Positions 57,082 through 64,000 of a DNA stretch of 64,000 nucleotides are shown here, piece by piece. The notes under the pieces were generated by a model. The model did no database searches, was not told the origin of the DNA, and was given only the letters and a program-made list of their open reading frames with translations. Source of the DNA: Alphaproteobacteria bacterium (GTDB taxonomy: Bacteria; Pseudomonadota; Alphaproteobacteria; SP197); assembly GCA_965204785.1 (NCBI GenBank), contig OZ242015.1:2263032-2327031 (forward strand). Reading direction: 5' to 3'. Each line of letters opens with the position of its first letter. Positions within the stretch are counted from its first letter, which is position 1. Both the position numbers and the translations under genes were made by a program.

Positions 57082-58008
57082 TTAACCTGCGGTGATCACG
57101 CGTGCGACATGGTCTTCCCAACGGTCCCGCGGCTGCCATCCCAAGGCGTCGAGCGTGGGCTGCAGGTCATAAGCCGTGGCGCGCGGGTCGTTCTCGTAGA
57201 CTTCCGGCCGCAGAAGCTCAGGGATGATGTCAAAACCTTCGGAGATGTTTTCGACCGTGGGGCGGTGCCCGAGCGAATCCGGGCCTGAGACGAAATAAGC
57301 GCCGTAGCGGATGCCCTGGGCGTTGAGCGCAGCACGGAAGGCGCGCGCCGCATCCTCCGGCGTGACGACACCGCGGATCGGCGAGAGGGTTTCGCGCAGT
57401 TTCCGCCAGTTCTTGCCACTTGCCGGAGGGGGTGGCTCCACACCGTCCCGTTCGGCCGCGAGACAGGCGATGGAGTAGGTAATGTCTGGTTGGGCCACCA
57501 GGGTCGGACGCAGGCATATCACCGACATCTCCCCCCGGCGGACAAACGTGCGGGCGAACTCCTCGCAGACCTTCTTGGTCACACCGTAGGATTGGAGCGG
57601 CAACAGATCGACATCGACCGGAATGGGAAGCTGCATCGGCGGATTGGCAGGTCCCAGCCCCACCGCCGCGACACTGGAGGCGATCGCGAGCCGTTTGATA
57701 CCTAGTTCCTCGGCGGTCTGCAGGACATGCCAGGTACCGCGCAGGTTGACGTCGATGAAGGCCTCCTCCTCTGGAACGATGCCATCGTCCAAGGCAGCGA
57801 GATGCACGACGACATCGTGGCCCTTGAGCGCAGAGCGCACCGCATCAAGATCACGTGTATCGGTCTTGATGAACGCGACATCCTCGGGAAGGGGTTTGAG
57901 ATCAATGGAGGTGACCTCGCAATCATTCATGAGTTCGCGCACAACATAGCGGCCCAAAAGCCCGCTGCCGCCGGTGACGGCTACCCTGTTGAACGGCATG
58001 TCGGCCAT
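57082..58008 (-). CDS. NAD-dependent epimerase/dehydratase (extended SDR)
   Basis: VAVTGGSGLLGRYVVREL Rossmann motif; YGVTKKVCE (YxxxK). 308 aa. Confidence 0.82.
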   Translation of the reverse strand: MADMPFNRVAVTGGSGLLGRYVVRELMNDCEVTSIDLKPLPEDVAFIKTDTRDLDAVRSALKGHDVVVHLAALDDGIVPEEEAFIDVNLRGTWHVLQTAEELGIKRLAIASSVAAVGLGPANPPMQLPIPVDVDLLPLQSYGVTKKVCEEFARTFVRRGEMSVICLRPTLVAQPDITYSIACLAAERDGVEPPPPASGKNWRKLRETLSPIRGVVTPEDAARAFRAALNAQGIRYGAYFVSGPDSLGHRPTVENISEGFDIIPELLRPEVYENDPRATAYDLQPTLDALGWQPRDRWEDHVARVITAG

Positions 58009-59117
58009 GATCTCTCCAGGTGTTCCAGAACGCGTTTGCGGAAGGCCATGGTCGCACCTTCCCAGATCGGTGAAGCAGGCGGAAGCCCGCGCGCGGCAGG
58101 CGAGGCCGAGGCGGCTTGGAGCTCATCGAGCACCGTGAAATCCTGGCGGTTGATGCGGTCCCAGGCATTGAGCGACGCCTGCCGGCCAGCGGAAAGTTCG
58201 GGATCGGTTGCATCCTCGCCCAGAAAATAGAAGGCGAGGGTCTCACGGGCGGCCCGCGGACCCAGGGGTTCGACGCGAAAGAACATCACGTGTTCGGGCA
58301 CGAATTCGAACAACGTGTTGGGGAACAGCATGGCAATGTCCTGGCTGGCCTTCTGCCCGGCATCGAAACCCGGAAACGTCCGAAAGCCCGCATCACCCTT
58401 GTTCTTGTCCGCCGCTCCAGAGGTGTACTGAATGCCGATCAGGTTGACGTCGTCGAGAACCTTGAACCTGTGTGCCGTTTCCACGGGACCCAATTCGGGG
58501 TGCAGGAAGGGAAGATGATAGGTGTCGAGATAGTTCTCGATCACCAGCTTCCAGTTGACCGGCACATCGTAGGTCAGATGCGCGGCATAACGCAGCAGGG
58601 AAAGATCAGCATGGGCCCATCGCGCCATCAGGGGCGCGGCATGCTCCTCGAATGCAGGCGCATTCTCATCGAGGCAGACAAAGATCTGATCGCACCAGGT
58701 CGCGCAACGCACCGGCAGTAGACCGTATTGCGCCTTGTCGAACCCTTCGGGTGCGGTGCCGTCGTCCAAGGACCAGTAGGGCGCGGTGCGCAGCGCACCG
58801 TCCAATCCGTAGGCCCAGCCATGATAGGGGCAGGTGAGCGCCGCCCTCGCGTTGCATGGCTCGCGGACCAGACGCGATCCGCGATGGCGGCAAACGTTGT
58901 GGAATGCGGCGATCGCCCCGTCGCGCCGGCGGATCACAATAAGCGGCAACCCAGCGACTTCCAGGGGAAGTATGTCGCCCGGATCGGATACCTGAAATCC
59001 CGATGCTGCGTGTACCCAGGTCTTGGAGAACAGCATGTCTTTTTCGGCATCCCAGGATGCTGCACTACCGTAAGCATCGGCCGGGAGTTCGGGTGGATTT
59101 TCCGATACGCGCGTCAT
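57981..59117 (-). CDS. Rieske [2Fe-2S] oxygenase alpha subunit (SRPBCC-type), third paralogue in the window
   Basis: CRHRGSRL...CPYHGWAY, NWKLVIENYLDTYHLPFLHP. 378 aa. Its 3' end overlaps the SDR start by 28 nt. Confidence 0.85.
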   Translation of the reverse strand: MTRVSENPPELPADAYGSAASWDAEKDMLFSKTWVHAASGFQVSDPGDILPLEVAGLPLIVIRRRDGAIAAFHNVCRHRGSRLVREPCNARAALTCPYHGWAYGLDGALRTAPYWSLDDGTAPEGFDKAQYGLLPVRCATWCDQIFVCLDENAPAFEEHAAPLMARWAHADLSLLRYAAHLTYDVPVNWKLVIENYLDTYHLPFLHPELGPVETAHRFKVLDDVNLIGIQYTSGAADKNKGDAGFRTFPGFDAGQKASQDIAMLFPNTLFEFVPEHVMFFRVEPLGPRAARETLAFYFLGEDATDPELSAGRQASLNAWDRINRQDFTVLDELQAASASPAARGLPPASPIWEGATMAFRKRVLEHLERSWPTCRSTG

Positions 59118-59152
59118 GACACATCAACAGTGGGACCACGGCCCGACCGGGG

Positions 59153-61267
59153 TCAAGCCAGGCCCGTTGTACGAGCCTGCTTACGCGGCACCACGAGCGC
59201 ATCGACGGCAACACAGCCCCGTGGCCCCGCGATCAGCGGATTGATGTCGAATTCCGCGATCAGATCGCCGAGACATTGTGCGATGGCGGCAAGGGCCGCT
59301 ACGGCGGAAACGATCGCCTCCACGTCACTGGGTTCGGCGCCGCGCACGCCGTCGAGCAGAGCGCGGCAGGCCAGGCCGCCGACCGCGCGGCGGGCACTGG
59401 CCCGGCCGGCAGGCGGCATGATGAAGCGCCGGTCCTTCATGACCTCGATGAGCACCCCGCCGGCGGCCACCATGACGAGCGGTCCGAACTGATCGTCGAC
59501 CACAAGGCCCGCGGCCAGCTCGACACCCTTCGGCGCCATGGCGGCGATCAGGACGCGCGGTCCAAGACGGCTCGACATCTCTTCGTAGGTGCGTGTGAGA
59601 GCACCCGCGTTACCGAGATTGAGCGCCACGCCGCCGACATCGCTCTTGTGAAGAATGCCCGGCTCGGCCGTTTTCAGGGCAACGGGGCAACCAATGTCTT
59701 CTGCCAGCCGAAGGGCTGCCTCGCGGCTCTGCGCGATACCACGCTTGGGCGTGGCGATTCCGAAGGCGTCGAGCAGATCAAGACCCTCGTTTTCGTCCAG
59801 AGGCATTCCGTCGCTCAGGCGCTTGCGCCAGGCCGTGACCACTTGGTCCCCAGGCAGCTCCGGCATATCGCCCGGGCCGTCGTCGACGCGGTCGCGGCGC
59901 GCCATGGCAAGCTTGACGGCCGTGAGAAAGGTCTGGGTGCCATCGAACACGAGAGCGGGGCTGGTGACCGACCTCGCGCGTGTTTCGGCCTTCAGCGCCC
60001 GGCTCCAGTGCTGACAGATATAAACCGGCTTGTCCGTCACACTTTCGACGCGTTCGCCTATATCCAGAAGGCCCGCGCTGGCGTCCTCCTCAAACCCGAG
60101 GTCAGAAAATAAGGCGGTCATCGCCGCATCCTCATCTTCAGCTAGCGCAGTCATGCAGCCTGCGAAGACGTTTTCCCAATCCTTTCCGGTACCCCAGACA
60201 TCGGTGGGATTGACTGGCTCCAGACCGTATTCCAGCAACCCGGCCAGCTTCTTCACCGTTTCGGGTCCGATATTGGCCAGCGGCACGTTCATGCGGTCAG
60301 CGAGATCGATCAGCATACCCCGTGCGCCGCCTGAATCCATGATGCCGGCCAGTCCCCCGGGTGCGAGCCGCTTGTGGTGCGCAAAGATACGGCTGCCCGC
60401 AGCCAGTTCGTCCCAGGTATCGACGCGCAGGACGCCGTAGTGGTCAAAGAGCGCTTCGTAGGCCGCGTCATCACCGGCCAATGCGCCCGAATGGCTCCTC
60501 GCCAGGGCAGCGCTCTTTTCCGTGCGACCGACCTTGACGGCAACGACGGGAATGTCGCACGCAACGGCCTTATCGAGCACCGCCCGGAAACCGTCGGGAT
60601 CGCGCACGGTTTCCAGGAAGAGCGCGATGACACGCGTGCTTTCCTGTTCCAGCGCATAGTCCATGTAATCGGCTGCCGTGACCGTTAGTTCCTGGCCCGC
60701 TGAAACGCAGAGGTTGTGGCGGTGGCGCGGGTCGATGAACTGGAGCGACAGGAAACAGGTGCCCGAATGGCTGATCAGCGTGATGTTGCCAGGATCGAAC
60801 CAGTTGGGTTCGGAGACATCCATCCAGGTCGAACGGGTGGCCGATTCATAGTTCACGAAGCCCATGCAATTGGCCCCGCAGACCAGGATACCGGCTTCGC
60901 GCGCGATGGCCTGGAGCCGTTCCCTGAGCTTAGGCGTGCCGGTATCGCCTTCGAGATAGCCGCTGCCGAATATCGTGACCGACTTGACGCCGGCCAGCGT
61001 GGCTTCGGTCAGGGCGGCCTCGATCCTGGCATTGGCGACCGAAAGAACGGCATGTTCGACTCCGCCGGGTATCTCGCCCAAGGTGGGATAACAGACGAGC
61101 CCATCGATCTCGTCATGGGACGGGTTGACCGGATGCACGGGCCCCTTGAGGCCCGGATTGTTGAGATTGCGCAGGGTCAGAAGGCCAAAGGAGCCTTCAC
61201 GCTGAGAAGCGCCGACCAAGGCGATGGACGTGGGCGCGAGCAGCGGACGCAGACGGTGTTCGCTCAT
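59153..61267 (-). CDS. ADP-forming acyl-CoA synthetase (acetate--CoA ligase family: CoA-binding, CoA-ligase and ATP-grasp domains)
   Basis: ATG at 61267 (MSEHRLRPLLAPTSIALVGASQREGSFG...). ...VKSVTIFGSGY...NCMGF...SHSG... The C-terminal half is ATP-grasp-like (...GCPVALKTAEPGILHKSDVGGVALNL...). 704 aa. Confidence 0.8.
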   Translation of the reverse strand: MSEHRLRPLLAPTSIALVGASQREGSFGLLTLRNLNNPGLKGPVHPVNPSHDEIDGLVCYPTLGEIPGGVEHAVLSVANARIEAALTEATLAGVKSVTIFGSGYLEGDTGTPKLRERLQAIAREAGILVCGANCMGFVNYESATRSTWMDVSEPNWFDPGNITLISHSGTCFLSLQFIDPRHRHNLCVSAGQELTVTAADYMDYALEQESTRVIALFLETVRDPDGFRAVLDKAVACDIPVVAVKVGRTEKSAALARSHSGALAGDDAAYEALFDHYGVLRVDTWDELAAGSRIFAHHKRLAPGGLAGIMDSGGARGMLIDLADRMNVPLANIGPETVKKLAGLLEYGLEPVNPTDVWGTGKDWENVFAGCMTALAEDEDAAMTALFSDLGFEEDASAGLLDIGERVESVTDKPVYICQHWSRALKAETRARSVTSPALVFDGTQTFLTAVKLAMARRDRVDDGPGDMPELPGDQVVTAWRKRLSDGMPLDENEGLDLLDAFGIATPKRGIAQSREAALRLAEDIGCPVALKTAEPGILHKSDVGGVALNLGNAGALTRTYEEMSSRLGPRVLIAAMAPKGVELAAGLVVDDQFGPLVMVAAGGVLIEVMKDRRFIMPPAGRASARRAVGGLACRALLDGVRGAEPSDVEAIVSAVAALAAIAQCLGDLIAEFDINPLIAGPRGCVAVDALVVPRKQARTTGLA

Positions 61268-61375
61268 GAAGGGCGAGGTTAGATAAATTCTCCCGCCAAG
61301 CAATTGCAACGTGACTTGCCAGCGAGGGAATCTCACCTATGCTCGCGGCGTGCGACACCGTGCGTGGAGCCTGCC

Positions 61376-62773
61376 GTGAACCAAGCCAGTCCGATTCCTG
61401 CCGTCGACCGCGTTCTGAAAGCAGCGGAACTGCGGGCACTCGCGATGAGTTTCGGCCGCGATGCGGTGGTCGGGGCGACACGCGAGGTGCTGGAAAAGCT
61501 GCGTACGGCGTGGCGCGACGGCGATACCGTGGAAGCCTCTCCGGAGGCCGTCGCTGCCGAGGTGCAGGTACTCTGCCACACGAGAGCCTGCGTGAGCCTA
61601 CGTCCGGTGTTCAATCTTACCGGCACGGTCCTTCATACCAACCTGGGCCGTGCACCGCTGGCGGAAGAAGCAATCGAGGCCATGGCGGCCGTGGCGCGGG
61701 GTGCGAGCAATCTGGAGTTCGATCTTGACCGTGGCAAGCGCAGAGAACGCGATCATGCCGTGGCCGAGAGGTTGATCCGCCTGACCGACGGGGAAGCGGC
61801 TCTTGTCGTCAACAACAACGCGGCGGCCGTGCTGCTGCTTTTGAACACACTGGGACAGCGCAAGCAGGTGCCGGTTTCGCGCGGCGAGTTGATCGAGATC
61901 GGCGGTGCCTTCCGCATGCCCGACATCATGGCGCGCGCCGGCTGTCGTCTGGTCGAGGTCGGAACCACAAACCGGACCCATCTGCGGGACTTCGAGACTG
62001 CCATCGGTCCGCACACCGCCTGTCTGATGAAGGTCCATACCAGCAACTACGCCATTCAGGGCTTTACTGCCGAAGTTCCCGAGTACGACCTGGCGAACCT
62101 CGCGCACAAACGCGATCTCCCCCTTGCCGTCGATCTGGGGAGCGGCACGCTCGTCGATCTGACCCGCTGGCGCTTGCCGAAGGAACCGACCGTGCGGGAG
62201 ACCCTCGCCGCCGGCGCCGATCTCGTCACGTTCAGCGGCGACAAGCTGCTGGGCGGTCCCCAAGCGGGACTGATCGTGGGACGGGCGGACCTGATCAAAC
62301 GCCTGGCCAAAAACCCCGTGAAGCGGGCCATGCGCGCCGACAAGATGACCCTGGCCGCTCTGGACGCTACCCTGGCGCTCTATGAGGACTCGGACCGGCT
62401 GACCGAGAGACTCCCGGCCCTGCGCCTGCTCACAAGACCGTGCGAAGAGATCGGGCGGCAGACGCAAGCCGTGTCCGAACCGCTCCGTCAGACTCTTGGC
62501 GAGGGCTTCGCGGTCGAGATCATCACCATGAAGAGCCAGATCGGCAGCGGAGCCTTGCCGGTCGAATCCCTTGACAGCGCGGGGCTTGCGATCCGTCCGG
62601 CCAAATCCGGTCGTGGCGCGGATGCACGCCTGCGGCGCTTGGGCGAGGCCCTGCGCGGCCTGCCGCGGCCCGTGATCGGGTCCCTGCACGACGGCGCCTT
62701 ACGGCTAGATCTGCGTTGTCTCGACGATGAGCAGGTATTTCTGGACCAACTCGGCGGCTTGGCGGCGTCATGA
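61376..62773 (+). CDS. selA: L-seryl-tRNA(Sec) selenium transferase
   Basis: IPAVDRVL..., VFNLTGTVLHTNLGRAPL, VNNNAAAVLLLLNTL, GELIEIGGAFRMPDIM, VHTSNY, TFSGDKLLGGPQAG (PLP Lys). The GTG at 61376 gives a typical 465 aa. The track's upstream start (61304) would leave almost no spacer to the divergent gene. Confidence 0.88.
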   Translation: MNQASPIPAVDRVLKAAELRALAMSFGRDAVVGATREVLEKLRTAWRDGDTVEASPEAVAAEVQVLCHTRACVSLRPVFNLTGTVLHTNLGRAPLAEEAIEAMAAVARGASNLEFDLDRGKRRERDHAVAERLIRLTDGEAALVVNNNAAAVLLLLNTLGQRKQVPVSRGELIEIGGAFRMPDIMARAGCRLVEVGTTNRTHLRDFETAIGPHTACLMKVHTSNYAIQGFTAEVPEYDLANLAHKRDLPLAVDLGSGTLVDLTRWRLPKEPTVRETLAAGADLVTFSGDKLLGGPQAGLIVGRADLIKRLAKNPVKRAMRADKMTLAALDATLALYEDSDRLTERLPALRLLTRPCEEIGRQTQAVSEPLRQTLGEGFAVEIITMKSQIGSGALPVESLDSAGLAIRPAKSGRGADARLRRLGEALRGLPRPVIGSLHDGALRLDLRCLDDEQVFLDQLGGLAAS

Positions 62774-64000
62774 TCGTCGCCACAGCCGGCCATGTCGATC
62801 ACGGCAAGACCTCGTTGATCCAGGCGCTAACGGGCGTGGATACCGACCGGCTGCCAGAAGAAAAATCCCGCGGCCTGACTGTCGATCTGGGTTTTGCCTA
62901 TCTACCCGTGCCCAACGGCGGGGTGATCGGCTTCGTCGATGTGCCCGGACACGAGCGTTTCGTGCGCAACATGGTGGCAGGCATTGCGGGCATCGATCTG
63001 GCGCTCCTGGTGGTCGCCGCCGATGACGGCGTGATGCCCCAGACACGCGAACATGTCGCCGTGCTGGACCTGCTGGGTGTGGAGCGCGCCGTCGTGGCAC
63101 TGACCAAGGTCGACCGTGCGGAGCGAACACGGATCGACACGGTCGTCGCAGAGGTGCGTGATCTGCTCACGACGACAGGCATGAAGCTTCTCGATGTGTT
63201 CGAGACCGTCGCACCTGATGACAAGGGTGTTGCGCCACTCCTTGAACACTTATGCGAAGCGGAAGCATCCCTGCCGGGACAGGCCGCGCAGGGCGGCTTT
63301 CGTCACGCGGTCGACAGGGTATTTGTGGTGCGCGGCTCCGGCGTCGTCGTTACCGGCATGGTCCATGCAGGTGCGATCAGCGTCGGCGACACGGTCATGA
63401 TCGAACCGGCAGGCCTTGAGGCACGCTTGCGTGGGGTTCACGCGCAGGACAGGCCATGCGAGACGGCGTGGCGTGGCGATCGTGCCGCACTCAATCTGGC
63501 GGGCATCGCATGCGACGATGTCGTGCGCGGCGATTGGGTTCTCACGCCAGACATTCTCAGGCCCTCGCATCGCGTCGACGTCATGCTGCGTGTGTTGCCC
63601 GATACCCCGCGCGCGCTGAAACACTGGACGCCGGTGCATGCGCATCACGGCGCGGGACACACGACAGGCCGGGTTGCCGTGCTGCAGGATGATGCGGTCG
63701 AACCGGGCGGTACGGGGTTGGCACAACTCGTGCTGGATGATCCGCTGATGGCTGCATATGGCGACCGTCTGGTGCTGCGCGATCAGTCGGCGCACCACAC
63801 CATCGCCGGGGGCCGTGTCATCGATCCCGCCGGTCCCGAACGTGGACGCGCACGGCCTGAACGCCTTGCACGGCTGGCCGCCATGGATCACGGGGAAGCC
63901 GAGGATGCCCTGGCCGCACTTTTGGCGATCGCGGATGAGGGCGTCAACGTTTCAAATGTGCTGCGTGCACACAATCGGCGACCCGAAAACACCGAAGATC
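62770..64000 (+). CDS. selB: Selenocysteine-specific elongation factor, N-terminal ~410 codons (runs off the right edge)
   Basis: ATG at 62770 overlaps the selA stop (ATGA). Hand translation: [42 protein letters not shown]...DVPGHERF...LTKVD...[20 protein letters not shown].... Not in the track because no stop occurs before the window end. Confidence 0.88.
   Translation, partial: MIVATAGHVDHGKTSLIQALTGVDTDRLPEEKSRGLTVDLGFAYLPVPNGGVIGFVDVPGHERFVRNMVAGIAGIDLALLVVAADDGVMPQTREHVAVLDLLGVERAVVALTKVDRAERTRIDTVVAEVRDLLTTTGMKLLDVFETVAPDDKGVAPLLEHLCEAEASLPGQAAQGGFRHAVDRVFVVRGSGVVVTGMVHAGAISVGDTVMIEPAGLEARLRGVHAQDRPCETAWRGDRAALNLAGIACDDVVRGDWVLTPDILRPSHRVDVMLRVLPDTPRALKHWTPVHAHHGAGHTTGRVAVLQDDAVEPGGTGLAQLVLDDPLMAAYGDRLVLRDQSAHHTIAGGRVIDPAGPERGRARPERLARLAAMDHGEAEDALAALLAIADEGVNVSNVLRAHNRRPENTED

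Noticed and set aside
61268-61375. tRNA-Sec (selC) or another small RNA in the selA/acyl-CoA synthetase divergent spacer
   Set aside because: The spacer is about 108 nt with no cloverleaf-compatible pairing or T-loop (GTTCRA) motif. It is more likely just two divergent promoters.

Overview
High-GC, alphaproteobacterium-like chromosomal segment in three parts. (1) 1-21.5 kb, minus strand: two tandem paralogous giant genes built from DUF11-type Ig-like repeat modules. One is a 5' fragment of more than 4026 codons that runs off the left edge. The other is a complete 2834-aa protein ending in an autotransporter-like beta-barrel. They share the same signal peptide and the same ~340-bp upstream leader, so this is a segmental duplication. 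They contain near-identical 768-bp internal tandem repeats. The plus-strand ORFs in the supplied track over this region are mirror-frame artefacts. (2) 21.8-25.1 kb: mobile-DNA debris. It holds truncated DUF3489 and DUF2924 genes without their recombinase, an uninterrupted G30 homopolymer joining unrelated coding sequence, two orphan small ORFs, a 22-bp perfect inverted repeat in a GAAAC-rich spacer, an EamA fragment, and a 5'-truncated IS1111-type IS110 element abutting a truncated M24 peptidase gene. (3) 25-64 kb: mostly metabolic and housekeeping genes. These include three Rieske oxygenases, a LysR regulator, a serine hydrolase, prfC, a 3-hydroxyacyl-CoA dehydrogenase, metY, an acyl-CoA dehydrogenase, DMT transporters, an ABC-F ATPase, a crotonase, yaaA, a hydantoinase/racemase/carbamoylase operon, a 4-gene operon (ADP-forming acyl-CoA synthetase, Rieske oxygenase, SDR, amidohydrolase), and selA-selB. 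About 14 decayed genes (frameshifts and nonsense codons) are interleaved with these: PLD, a HigB/HigA-like TA pair, a mu-class-like GST, dienelactone hydrolase, GH3, yciB, a PRC-barrel protein and others. There is also a 0.72-kb IS1182/IS5-like deletion derivative with intact inverted repeats. I recognised no rRNA, tRNA, CRISPR array or riboswitch. All calls come from reading translations and sequence by eye, with no database searches.
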